DNA of 64,000 bases from Oligoflexia bacterium (lineage in GTDB: Bacteria; Bdellovibrionota; UBA1018). Location: assembly GCA_963758495.1 (NCBI GenBank), contig CAVWVI010000004.1:352001-416000 (forward strand), in the 5' to 3' direction. The notes beneath the pieces are model-generated. The model was not told the origin of the DNA. It worked only from the letters and a program-made list of their open reading frames with translations, and did no database searches. The translations under genes and the position numbers were made by a program. Positions 30,662 to 40,662 of this stretch are shown here, piece by piece. Each line of letters begins with the position of its first letter. Position 1 is the first letter of the stretch.

Positions 30662-30721
30662 CTAACTTTATCAGTATACTGATAAAGTTCAACAACTAAC
30701 TCTATCAGTATACTGATAAAG
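30662..30721. promoter_or_regulatory. Double palindromic operator overlapping the ATPase promoter
   Basis: CTAACT(T/C)TATCAGTATACTGATAAAG at 30662-30687 and 30696-30721; 30664-30689 is a perfect 26-bp palindrome. Confidence 0.75.
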
Positions 30722-30793
30722 ATGAGCCGGGCTAGGCCAACCTCCAGAAAAGTTGCCACAGCGAATCGCGTCTGTTAAAAAGCTAAGAAAATT

Positions 30794-32041
30794 ATGAAAC
30801 ATAAAAAAGCCCGCTCGAACCCTGCATCCAATGCGAATAGCCATAGGACCCACCTATTGAGTCTAGTTATAAAATACTTAAAGGATGAAGCCAGTGAGCC
30901 AGAGGAACTCTCTATGCTCCGAGAGTTCAATACTATTTTCAAAAAAGGCGATCAGCGCACTCTTGATTTTATATCTAATGAAATAGATACCCGTCATCCC
31001 GAACTGCTTGAAGATTGGACTGATTTCAGCGAAATCTTTTGTTCTACCCTCAATGGCCTCATAGGCATAAATAAAAAAGAAATGAAGGCCGTCCTATTTT
31101 TAATCCCCATCATGATGGCAATCGAATCGACCGACGAAAATCAGGCCAAAAATAAGCCAAAAAATAAGCCAAAAAATAAGCCAAAAAATAAGCCAAAAAA
31201 TAAGAAAGACCACGAAGATCCTTTCGAAATCATTAAAATGGGAATGATTAGAGAACTCATGATTCAAGCTGGCCTGATTTCGGATCAAGATGAAAATATC
31301 GGTACCTTAACCCACCTATTTTCCCTAGATGAGCTGGCAGAAATCAACGAAATAAAAAGGTATCAACTCCTGAGAGCATTCACGCTCCCTGATCATTTTT
31401 ATAATCCAATACAAAGTAAGCTACAAAAGGAACCCCTCACACCAAGCAGTGTAGATATTAAATTGAAGTTCATCATTGGCGTCGCTACGCTCAATGATGA
31501 TGAGAATCCATCACCTCTTTCCCGCTGGATTGATCCATCGGGCGCTGAAGATGACCACCAAATCGAGAGTGATTGGAAGTTGATAAATACATTTACTGAC
31601 GAACTTACAGAAAAGTTACCCTCATTCTTGGATAAAAGCGCTGGAGTCAATATATTCATGACCGCCATTCATTCAATTCAGGAATATAGTAGTTATGGAA
31701 TTAAAACTGCGATCAATGAGTTTGACGACTTTAAGTGGACTCTCTTATTGGCTCAAGCTGAGCAGATGAAGAATCCAAAAATCAAACTCAGCCAAACTCA
31801 TGAGCAAACTATAAATATTACGTTATTTGACAATAATAAAGAAATACATAATATTTTCGCAAACTGTCTTTTCGATTCGATTGATGAACTAGAGGAATAT
31901 ATGGATGACTTATTTAAAGATCTAGAATTCAAAGGATTTTACTGTCAATCGAACAACCCTAACGATGGAATCGTTTTCATTCGAAAACCCATTAAACCTT
32001 ACCTAGCCTCTATTAACGGGAAACCCATATTGCTCAACTAA
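30794..32041 (+). CDS. Hypothetical protein with NKPK tandem repeat
   Basis: 415-aa ORF, no recognisable motif. Confidence 0.75.
   Translation: MKHKKARSNPASNANSHRTHLLSLVIKYLKDEASEPEELSMLREFNTIFKKGDQRTLDFISNEIDTRHPELLEDWTDFSEIFCSTLNGLIGINKKEMKAVLFLIPIMMAIESTDENQAKNKPKNKPKNKPKNKPKNKKDHEDPFEIIKMGMIRELMIQAGLISDQDENIGTLTHLFSLDELAEINEIKRYQLLRAFTLPDHFYNPIQSKLQKEPLTPSSVDIKLKFIIGVATLNDDENPSPLSRWIDPSGAEDDHQIESDWKLINTFTDELTEKLPSFLDKSAGVNIFMTAIHSIQEYSSYGIKTAINEFDDFKWTLLLAQAEQMKNPKIKLSQTHEQTINITLFDNNKEIHNIFANCLFDSIDELEEYMDDLFKDLEFKGFYCQSNNPNDGIVFIRKPIKPYLASINGKPILLN
31151..31204 (+). repeat. 12-bp tandem repeat AATAAGCCAAAA x4.5 (in frame)
   Basis: Direct reading; encodes (NKPK)n. Confidence 0.95.
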
Positions 32042-32067
32042 TTCCACAGACTCCCTAGTAAACAAAA

Positions 32068-32514
32068 TTAAAAAATATGAAAAAGGGGCAAGCCCTGAGA
32101 AACAGCGTACGGGCTTTCGCTATAGCTAGTTGATCTATTCTCAAAAATAATAAAATTCGGCGGGTCCTGATTGATTTGTGGGTCCATTACCCCGACCCTT
32201 GGAGAATTCTGAGATAAGGGAAAATCAAAATTCGGAGTAGGTCTCTTCAATAGTAACACTGGGTTTACAGATGAAGACGGTGATCGTTGTTTTTTAGAGT
32301 CATGGCATTTTTTAGAAAAATTAGATTTTTTAAGGTCTGAGCTATTTTGGCAAGCTGCTGCTTCAGCCGCCCAAAAAAACAGGCAGACCACTACCAAAAC
32401 CTCAAGGCCGAAAGTAATCCACCCTAGCGCCGTATTCACGGATTGACGAGAATGAACTGAATGAAAAAAACCATGTGAAATCTTAGCCTTATAAATCATT
32501 GGCTCGGTGACCAT
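32068..32514 (-). CDS. Hypothetical membrane-anchored or secreted protein
   Basis: GAGGAGG RBS upstream; one hydrophobic segment. Confidence 0.55.
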   Translation of the reverse strand: MVTEPMIYKAKISHGFFHSVHSRQSVNTALGWITFGLEVLVVVCLFFWAAEAAACQNSSDLKKSNFSKKCHDSKKQRSPSSSVNPVLLLKRPTPNFDFPLSQNSPRVGVMDPQINQDPPNFIIFENRSTSYSESPYAVSQGLPLFHIF

Positions 32515-32827
32515 AAAAGCCTCCTCGCTATTTAAACTTAACTAATAGTATATCATAATAATCAGGTATTAATCTAGGATTATATAAAACTCTATATTTG
32601 ACAAAAAGCCATCCCTTTAAAGGGGTAAACCCCTGCTATAAACTGCATTGAATTGCAAAAGTGGCAGGGGTTTATGAATTTATATTCGTTTTCTAAAAGT
32701 TTCTTTAATTCGACAATTACAAATTTGGATCATGAACTCAAGAATGACGCATAATACTTATCACTCCCTTGAGTCCGTGCTATATTTCAAACATTCATCT
32801 GCAAACTTCAGAGAAGGAGAATGGTTT

Positions 32828-33535
32828 ATGGAAATTGCATTGTTCAATTTAGATGGCTTTATGTTTATTCTTAGATGGCTTCATTTTTTCTTTGGTGTCC
32901 TGTGGATTGGGCTTTTGTACTACTTTAATTTTGTACAAGGTTCTTTCTTTGCAGAAACCGATGCCACCACTAAATCAAATGCAATACAAAAACTTGTTCC
33001 TCGAGCCCTTCTCTGGTTTCGATGGGCTGCCATGTTTACCATGATTACCGGCGTTCTTTATCTAGGACTTAAAGGTCACATTGCCCGTACTCCTGCGATT
33101 TTCGCAACTTCTTGGGGTGTCGCTATCCTCACAGGAGTGAGCTTAGGATTACTCATGTGGGCGAATGTCTGGTTTGTGATCTGGCCCAACCAGAAAATCG
33201 TGATCGCCTCTGCGACTCAAGTCGCTCAAGGAGGGAAAGCCATTCCTGAAGCAGCTGCCGCCGCTGCAAGAGCAGGAGTAGCATCTCGTACGAATACTTT
33301 ATTTTCTATACCCATGTTATTTTTTATGGGTGCCGCAAGCCATCTACCGATTGCAATCAATCCCAATGCAAATCTCATGATTTTAGCGGGAGTTCTTGCA
33401 GTTATTTTCTTAGGATTAGAACTGAATGCAATTAAAGGCAAAACTGGACCTATCACCACTGTCAAAGGCGTCATTCACGGTGGTTTTGTACTCACAGTAC
33501 TCCTTTATGCCATTGTGGAGATTTTAACTAAATAA
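32828..33535 (+). CDS. Urate_ox_N / PuuD-like integral membrane protein (no heme domain)
   Basis: RWLH...WIGLLYYFNFVQ, LLWFRWAA, NVWFVIWPNQK, SRTNT, MGAASH; AAGGAG RBS before ATG 32828. Confidence 0.8.
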   Translation: MEIALFNLDGFMFILRWLHFFFGVLWIGLLYYFNFVQGSFFAETDATTKSNAIQKLVPRALLWFRWAAMFTMITGVLYLGLKGHIARTPAIFATSWGVAILTGVSLGLLMWANVWFVIWPNQKIVIASATQVAQGGKAIPEAAAAAARAGVASRTNTLFSIPMLFFMGAASHLPIAINPNANLMILAGVLAVIFLGLELNAIKGKTGPITTVKGVIHGGFVLTVLLYAIVEILTK

Positions 33536-33592
33536 GAAGGACACAAATCACAAGCGATAGGTCACAGCTAAAATAGAAAAAACTGGGAAAAA

Positions 33593-34024
33593 ATGAGAGG
33601 CAGAAAAATGAACTATCAGTCATCAAATACTGACCTACCCAACTTAGCTGTGGCCTACCGCTTGACTCTTATCGTCTTAGTCATTGTGTTCATTCTTATG
33701 TCGGTTTTTACGGGTTGTCAGCGTACCACTCCACCTCAGGACACTCCCTCATCCACTTCACCTTCCGCAGACCACGGTAGAGTGATTTATCAAACTCAAT
33801 GCATTGCCTGTCATAATTCTAACCCACATAAGCCTGGATCGATCGGTCCTGATATTTTTGGATCTTCTAAAGAACTGCTTCAAGCAAGGATTTTAAAAGG
33901 AGATTACCCGCCGGGATATCAACCGAAGAGATCCACTCATAATATGGCGGCATTGCCTCATCTTAAAGATGAGATTGATTCACTTCACGCTTATTTGAAC
34001 TCGGATCCTTCTTTAAATCCTTAG
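33593..34024 (+). CDS. Monoheme cytochrome c, probably lipoprotein/membrane-anchored
   Basis: CIACH heme motif, GPD, distal Met (HNMAAL); lipobox-like FTGC. Confidence 0.88.
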   Translation: MRGRKMNYQSSNTDLPNLAVAYRLTLIVLVIVFILMSVFTGCQRTTPPQDTPSSTSPSADHGRVIYQTQCIACHNSNPHKPGSIGPDIFGSSKELLQARILKGDYPPGYQPKRSTHNMAALPHLKDEIDSLHAYLNSDPSLNP

Positions 34025-34975
34025 GTAAATCCGTAGATAAATTTGTGGGCAAATCTTTAGAGTTTTTCACTGCCCTTGCCTTCATGCGTTTAAATTCACG
34101 CTCCAAATAGGCATATCCGTTCATCTCAATCGCTGATTTCATTTTTCCATGCATGACTTTAGAAACTAAATCTGTTTTTTTTAAAAGATCCAACTCAAGC
34201 ACCATCGCTTGAACTACGTAAACGTTTCCCGGTACATCTCGTTTATCGCCTTTCGTTTATCGCAAGACACTTGCGACCACTCACCCCAACTGTCAAAATA
34301 GTGATCCGTATAAGCGTCACGAATCCACACCGTAGCTTCTAAACCCGAAGGATCTTTCACCATTCGACGATCGAGAATCTGACGAATGGTCCGAATTTTT
34401 CCTGGTGCAAAATCCATTTTTCTTAAAAAAAAGAGTGAGCCTTTTGGGCGCGGTACTCGAGATACAAAACCGTGTGTCTCAAGCAAAGCCCACGGATCTA
34501 CTGGATTCCCAGGAAATTCGTACTCTTTTCTTTTTTGAGTGATTTCATATTCAAGTGAACGTCTCATCCCAAGCTCTAAAAATGTTTCTAATCTCTGATC
34601 TGACTTGGAGCTTTTAATTTGAGCGGTTTCAAATCGATTCAGTTTTACTTCACAGGGAAAACTATCGCAGTCTACGATACTTTTTAAATCTTGAGAACTC
34701 CAAGGTTCCCACGCCTTCCTTGCTTTTCTCCAACTCGCTTGGCTTTTGCTCGAATCGAGTGCCGTGCCCGGCACTTCTGCTTGCAGTGCTTGGATCCACT
34801 TCTCGCAACTCTCTGACTTCATTTCTTGGGCGCGAACCACCCAAAGTACTGGACCATTCGATTCAAAGCCCAACCAAGGATTTTGCGTCTGTACCAATTC
34901 TCCCACTCCCCCAAAAGGAAGTAAGAACAGTCCAGTAGCTGCAGAAACCGCATTGAGCCAACTCACAACAGACAA
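33963..34975 (-). pseudogene. Probable single exported-protein gene split by a frame break near 34250 (ORFs 34214-34975 and 33963-34205)
   Basis: A -1 shift at CGA AAG (34250-34255) reads GDKRDVPGNVYVVQA straight into MVLELD... of the downstream ORF. Confidence 0.65.
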
Positions 34976-34981
34976 TCTAAA

Positions 34982-36502
34982 CTATTTAAGAGTAAAGAGC
35001 AGCTTAATATCGTCGTCATCAAACCGGATGCCCGCTCCATAAAAATAAATAGCCTGTCCATTAGATGGATAAGCTCGAAATGATTCAATCCCTGCCCGTA
35101 AATAGAGACCAGACCAAGGCTGCACGGTTAATGTCACTCGATCATCAACTGTAGATCCAACCACATTTCGTGCGTAAATATCATTTCGCAATTGAATCCG
35201 ATTTTCAAATCCAGTCGGTCCTAAATAAATGGAAGCAGACGCTGCACCATCTCCATAAAGCGCTCCCACTGACAAATCCAAGCGATTAAAAAAGACTTTA
35301 CCAATCATACCCGTCAATAAAAGACCGGTTTGATCGGTCACTTGAGTTTGGGTCGTCTGAGTCAAGCCCCCTGCTGTGGTAGTCACCGTCGTATTAGAAA
35401 TTTTTCCTCGAGGATCAGATGATATTCCTAACAAATAATAGTGGTCAGGCTGAGGCCAAATACCTAACTGAAACCATCCTCGCCCCCCATTATAGGCTGT
35501 CAACTGAGCTGCACCAATATCGACAATAAAATGTACTTTTCCTACTTTAGTCAAAAAACCATTCAGATTTCGAATCGCTTCTCTGATTTCTTGAGCATAA
35601 GAAGGATCATTCAGTAACATTCCTACTGAGCCTTCCCCTTTATTCACTCGAGTCATGAGATCACGAAGTTGCTCAATGGAATCTTCAAGCTTCGCCAATG
35701 TCCTCTGAGCCGTCTGATTCAGACCCCCTTCTGGGGCAAGGGTTTTTGAAGCATTTTGTAAAGTCACATTCAACTGACGCATGGTTCTTCGTAAATCTTC
35801 GGGGTTGATAGCCTGTTTAATATTGTCAGTTAAATTAGACATTTGATGAACGAGTTCATCCACTCGGCTCACTAAATGCTGAATATCTTCTCCTTCTTCG
35901 CCCACGGGAATCTCTCGCCCCCCTCTCCCGACTCGCTTCGGAGGAGTAGTAGCAACAGATAAAGGCGGTGGAGATGATTGGGTCATGCTGATTGGCTGGG
36001 AATCTTCTGCCCAAACTTGAGGTTCAATCCAGTCTAACACTCTCTCTAGAAATGCGCTTTTCTGATGATATTCATCAATATTGATGAACTTAGAATCTTC
36101 CTCTGAACCTGAGCCAGCTTTATCCGGCTGGGGATTTGAATCTAAATACTTAATCGGCTTAAGTTCAACAAATTTATCGCCCAAGAATCCTTCTCCTCGG
36201 ATAAACGCGCGCGTCGAGGGAAGAACTTCTACTGGAGCTGTAATACAAATGCCCAAAGTCACATGTGTTTCTGATAACGAAACACTTTTCAAATATCCAA
36301 TCTCAATGCCCAGTGAACGAATAGGAGATTTAGTTTTTAAGCCTGTTGCGTCTTCCACATTAATTTTCACTAATTGACAAGGGCGCCACCAATAAGGCCT
36401 ATGATTCACCAAAACACTGATGCCCACAATCAGGGCCAAACCTAAAACCGTAAAAATTCCTACTTTGAGTCGGGTTACATAGCTCGAATGAGTCGTATTC
36501 AT
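34982..36502 (-). CDS. mlaD: MCE/MlaD-family protein with long helical and beta-rich C-terminal extension
   Basis: LKVGIF TM, ATGLKTKSPIRSLGIEIG MCE domain, GFLGDKFVEL, GEGSVGMLLND. Confidence 0.85.
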   Translation of the reverse strand: MNTTHSSYVTRLKVGIFTVLGLALIVGISVLVNHRPYWWRPCQLVKINVEDATGLKTKSPIRSLGIEIGYLKSVSLSETHVTLGICITAPVEVLPSTRAFIRGEGFLGDKFVELKPIKYLDSNPQPDKAGSGSEEDSKFINIDEYHQKSAFLERVLDWIEPQVWAEDSQPISMTQSSPPPLSVATTPPKRVGRGGREIPVGEEGEDIQHLVSRVDELVHQMSNLTDNIKQAINPEDLRRTMRQLNVTLQNASKTLAPEGGLNQTAQRTLAKLEDSIEQLRDLMTRVNKGEGSVGMLLNDPSYAQEIREAIRNLNGFLTKVGKVHFIVDIGAAQLTAYNGGRGWFQLGIWPQPDHYYLLGISSDPRGKISNTTVTTTAGGLTQTTQTQVTDQTGLLLTGMIGKVFFNRLDLSVGALYGDGAASASIYLGPTGFENRIQLRNDIYARNVVGSTVDDRVTLTVQPWSGLYLRAGIESFRAYPSNGQAIYFYGAGIRFDDDDIKLLFTLK

Positions 36503-37285
36503 TTACATCACCTTTAACTTCTTAAATCCAAATGGCAATAATGAGGTTAACAAATAATCACTTAAGAGAATGGCGAGACAGGTTGCCACCACAGTATTTC
36601 GAGTGGCTTGGCCTACAGCTCGTGCCCCCCCGAATGCTCTAAAACCACAAAAACATCCAATCCAGGTCAAGAGAAGCCCAAATGCAGCTGCTTTGACTAC
36701 ACAATGGGTAATCTCAATAGGATCTACAATTTTAAAAAACTGGCTCCAAAAAATCGAATATTGTAGGTCCATAATGCCGCACGCAACTCCACAGGCAGCC
36801 AAAGTCGCTACCACGGAGAAAAAAACCGCAAGTATAGGCATCATAAAAAACCCTGCTAAAACTCTTGGAAAAACCAAGTATTCTATAGGGTCTACAGCCA
36901 TTACCTCTAAAGCATCAACTTGTTCAGAAACCTTCATACTTGAAATCTCAGCAGCCATGGCTGCGCCCGCCCTACCCGTCACCATAATACCTGCCATAAC
37001 GGGAGCGAGTTCTCTAAAAAGCGCTACACCTACAGAACCTCCTAGAAGAGCCTCTGCTCCAAACTGATGTAAGGAAACAAAGAGCTGATAGCCTAGAACA
37101 GCACCCATAAACAAAGCGGCAGCAACGATTATTCCCAGGGAGCTTACCCCAATAAATTCACATTGCTTTAAAAAAAGACCTCGCCGACGCCAAAAATATT
37201 GAGACGAACGAACCGTATCCACGACAAAAAGAGTAAAATCACCCAAAAGAGTGATCAGTGAGATAAAAAAATCAAGTATATTCAC
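36503..37285 (-). CDS. mlaE: MlaE ABC permease
   Basis: RELAPV, GRAGAAMAAEISSM, EQVDALEVMAVDP, AVGQAT. Confidence 0.95.
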   Translation of the reverse strand: MNILDFFISLITLLGDFTLFVVDTVRSSQYFWRRRGLFLKQCEFIGVSSLGIIVAAALFMGAVLGYQLFVSLHQFGAEALLGGSVGVALFRELAPVMAGIMVTGRAGAAMAAEISSMKVSEQVDALEVMAVDPIEYLVFPRVLAGFFMMPILAVFFSVVATLAACGVACGIMDLQYSIFWSQFFKIVDPIEITHCVVKAAAFGLLLTWIGCFCGFRAFGGARAVGQATRNTVVATCLAILLSDYLLTSLLPFGFKKLKVM

Positions 37286-37375
37286 GCTAAATTAGTTAAG
37301 ACCATATGGAGCAGAAAAACAAGAATAAGAAGTGTGAAGATCCAAGAATAATCCAAGATCAATGGAGACACGACC

Positions 37376-39808
37376 GTGAAATGGTTCTCAAGTTTTATCA
37401 TTCGTCGAGCCGGAATTGTTGCTATTTTAGGAACTCTCCTTGCTTGTCTTGGAGGATACTATTCGGTACAGCTTTACAAAAACCTCCGCACTGAAATTCA
37501 AGAACTGTTGCCCACCACAGCACGAAGCGTAGTTGATTTAAAAGAAGTTTCAGAAAGACTTGAATCCATAGACAATCTGGCAGTCTTAGTATTTTCTAAA
37601 AACACTCAAGCCAGTAAACGCTTTGTCATAGACTTATCAAAACGCTTGGAATCTGTACCCAAATCCACCATTGCAAGTATTGATTATCGTATTGATCGCG
37701 AACTTAAGTTTTTTAAAGCTCGACAAGCACTTTTCTTGAGTCTTTCAGATCTAATACGAGTTGAGAGCTACATCCGAAACCGTATTGATTATGAAAAGGA
37801 ACTCTATAACCCGCTCAATATTTTTAGAAGCGAGGATCTACCGGAACCCAAACTCGATTTTTTTGCCTTAAAAAGCAAATACTCAGGCAAAACAGCCAAC
37901 TACGAGCGCCTTCCAGATGGTTTCTACGCTACGGAAGATGAAACAAAAAGAGTCATCTTAGTCAATATGCCGGGCCAATCTGCAGGAATCGAGAACGCAT
38001 ACCGCCTAAGAAATGCAGTGAACCACGCAATCGAAGAACTTCATCCTCAATCCTATGCGCCCGATATAGAAATCAAATATACGGGAGGTGTCGAAGATAC
38101 GATCGAAGAACAAAGTGCTTTAGTGGCAGATCTAGAACTATCAACAGTCATTGTGAGTATCGTTGTCACTCTAGGAATGCTCGCATTCTACCGCAATATT
38201 CGGGCAACCTTGGCTCTCGTCACCAGCCTTTTCATGGGCACCTTATGGACATTTGGAATTTCCTACTTTGTGGTGGGATACCTCAATGCCAACTCTGCGT
38301 TTTTAGGCAGCATTGTCATTGGAAATGGAATTAATTTTGGAATTATTTATTTAGCGCGATACCTAGAAGAAAGACGCAAAAATAGAAGTAATTTGCGGGC
38401 CACGCGTATCGCAATGATCCATACCGCGACCTCTACTTGGACCGCTGCATTAGCCGCTGGACTTTCTTATGGTTCACTGATGCTCACTGGATTTCGAGGA
38501 TTTAAACAGTTTGGAGTGATTGGTTTAATCGGAATGATTTTATGTTGGATCAGTGCATATACCCTGCTTCCAGCCTTTTTGACTGTGTTCGACTTCTATA
38601 AGCCTCTTTTTACAAAAAAGATCAAGCAACCCACACCTTATATAGCGGGCACTATTGCTACACTGGTCGGGCGTTTTCCTAAAGCCATTTGGGGAGTATC
38701 TCTTTGCATCACTCTTCTTTCATTTGCGACTTTTTTTCGATTTAGCCCCAATATCTTGGAAACCAATTTATCGAAACTCAGGAACAAGGAAAGCATGACT
38801 CGAGGATCTGCTTACTTATCCAAACACCTAGATGACATTTTTCATCATTACCTCTCACCCCTCGTCATCCTTCCTGATACGCGAGAAAATAGCCGAAAAA
38901 TTGCAGCTCTTCTAAAAGAACAAAAAGAAAAAGAAGGCTCAAAGAGCCTCATTGCCTCGGTTCAGACTCTAGATGATTTTATCCCTAAGGATCAGCCAGA
39001 GAAAATTAAAGTATTAAAAAGTATTCGAAGGCTTCTTCCAGAAAAATTCTTACAGAGACTTTCAGAGTCTGATCAAAAACTGGTCAGTGAATTTCTCACA
39101 AAAGAGACTTTAAAACCCTTTACTGAAAAAGATCTTCCCCCTTTAATTCGAAGTAAATTTACAGAAAAGGACGGGACTATAGGCAAAATGGTTTTAGTCG
39201 AGCCTCCGCTTACCAATGAAACCTGGAACGGGCCCAATCTCATTCAGTTCATAGATCACTTAAGAAACATCGCGGATTCAGTTGAACCGGGCGCCCCAGT
39301 CGCGGGCACGATCGCGATTTCTTCGGATATGATCCAAGCGATTACTCATGATGGGCCTCGGGCGACTCTATTTGCACTTTTAGCAGTGATCTTGTTAGTT
39401 GTGGTGCTCTTTAGAAACTTGAAAACGATTTCCCTTGTCCTGTTTGCTTTATTTATCGGAGTGACTTGGCTTGCCGGCATCATTTTGGGATTCAATTTAA
39501 AAATTAATTTCTTAAACTTTATCGCTCTCCCTATTACTTTTGGGATCGGCATCGACTATGGCGTGAATATTTTTCAACGCTATAGGGAAACCCGCACAGG
39601 CAATATTCTTAATGTTATTAGGAATACAGGTAGCGCAGTGGGGCTCTGCAGTTTTGCGACCATTATAGGCTATATGTCTTTGCTCATCGCAGGCAATCAG
39701 GGATTTGTGAGCTTCGGACTCCTTGCAGTGGCCGGAGAAATCACCTGTGTGATCGCCGCAGTCGTTTCATTACCTGCTTTTCTGATTCTCTGGAATCGCA
39801 GAAAGTAA
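37376..39808 (+). CDS. MMPL/RND-family lipid exporter (HpnN-like)
   Basis: Two TM bundles with large periplasmic loops; GNGINFGI and GIGIDYG motifs. Confidence 0.88.
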   Translation: MKWFSSFIIRRAGIVAILGTLLACLGGYYSVQLYKNLRTEIQELLPTTARSVVDLKEVSERLESIDNLAVLVFSKNTQASKRFVIDLSKRLESVPKSTIASIDYRIDRELKFFKARQALFLSLSDLIRVESYIRNRIDYEKELYNPLNIFRSEDLPEPKLDFFALKSKYSGKTANYERLPDGFYATEDETKRVILVNMPGQSAGIENAYRLRNAVNHAIEELHPQSYAPDIEIKYTGGVEDTIEEQSALVADLELSTVIVSIVVTLGMLAFYRNIRATLALVTSLFMGTLWTFGISYFVVGYLNANSAFLGSIVIGNGINFGIIYLARYLEERRKNRSNLRATRIAMIHTATSTWTAALAAGLSYGSLMLTGFRGFKQFGVIGLIGMILCWISAYTLLPAFLTVFDFYKPLFTKKIKQPTPYIAGTIATLVGRFPKAIWGVSLCITLLSFATFFRFSPNILETNLSKLRNKESMTRGSAYLSKHLDDIFHHYLSPLVILPDTRENSRKIAALLKEQKEKEGSKSLIASVQTLDDFIPKDQPEKIKVLKSIRRLLPEKFLQRLSESDQKLVSEFLTKETLKPFTEKDLPPLIRSKFTEKDGTIGKMVLVEPPLTNETWNGPNLIQFIDHLRNIADSVEPGAPVAGTIAISSDMIQAITHDGPRATLFALLAVILLVVVLFRNLKTISLVLFALFIGVTWLAGIILGFNLKINFLNFIALPITFGIGIDYGVNIFQRYRETRTGNILNVIRNTGSAVGLCSFATIIGYMSLLIAGNQGFVSFGLLAVAGEITCVIAAVVSLPAFLILWNRRK

Positions 39809-39829
39809 GCACTGCAAGGAACTACCTAC
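39805..39829 (+). repeat. REP-like GTAAG family element spanning both stop codons
   Basis: GTAAGCACTGCAAGGAACTACCTAC; contains TAA of MMPL (39806-39808) and TAG of the convergent gene (39826-39828). Confidence 0.8.
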
Positions 39830-40662
39830 CTCAATGAATTTTGAAGAACTGATTCCTCAGCAGAAGCATCTTCTTCTAACTTCTTCTGTGGAGTTTTTTC
39901 TCGAAGACGAATTTCTTTAGCAATTGCCCAGAGTCTTTCAATAGCTGAAAAATTCGACATGACAGCCACTAAACAAAGTGCAATCACCATCGGGTGAGCA
40001 ATCGCAATGGGATATTCTCGGTTCGTTTCAAACCAAGGGATACTGATCGGAGAAAGCGCCGCTCCTAGCGTCAAATAAAAAGCCCTCTCTGGCCGACGCA
40101 TACTCCCCTTGGGAGGATCTACCTGCAAAGCTTCAGCTTTAGCACTTGAGTAACTCACCATAAATGAGCCCACCAGAGCCAATAAAGTGAGAATCATCAA
40201 CACTGGAATTTCACGGTAATAAATGAGTAATCCGCCTAGGAAAAAAAACTCCACATAACGATCTACCGCCGCGTCTAAGACCTCACCTGCATCTGAAGAT
40301 TTCCCGGTCAGTCGGGCTACCATCCCATCCAAAGAATCCATTACGGCAGATAGCGTAGCAAAGACAGAACCTGAACCGAAATGACCAAAGGCAAGACAAC
40401 AGCCCGCCAATAATCCAAAAGTGAAGGATCCCCATGAAATCTGGTTCGCAGAAATCTTACAGAAAACAAGAAGACGGCCTAAGGGTTGAAAAAACCAATA
40501 ACCCAATTCCATGATGTTCTTACTGAGTAGCGGACTTCCTCCTTGGCGCTCAACTCGATCAAAGTGGGCGTGCCCCTTGAGAATGACACGCACGCCATAG
40601 GCTAAAGTAATTAGGATCACTACTGCAAAAAGAACTAATACATAGATGAGTTGGAAGCTCAT
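39826..40662 (-). CDS. CDP-alcohol phosphatidyltransferase (PIP-synthase-like)
   Basis: SANQIS, DSLDGMVAR...GEVLDAAVDR signature, SFMVSY...AEAL, MRRPER. Confidence 0.9.
   Translation of the reverse strand: MSFQLIYVLVLFAVVILITLAYGVRVILKGHAHFDRVERQGGSPLLSKNIMELGYWFFQPLGRLLVFCKISANQISWGSFTFGLLAGCCLAFGHFGSGSVFATLSAVMDSLDGMVARLTGKSSDAGEVLDAAVDRYVEFFFLGGLLIYYREIPVLMILTLLALVGSFMVSYSSAKAEALQVDPPKGSMRRPERAFYLTLGAALSPISIPWFETNREYPIAIAHPMVIALCLVAVMSNFSAIERLWAIAKEIRLREKTPQKKLEEDASAEESVLQNSLR

Noticed and set aside
30662..30721. Mini CRISPR (two 26-bp palindromic repeats)
   Set aside because: Only 8 bp separate the repeats, and they overlap a promoter, which fits an operator better.
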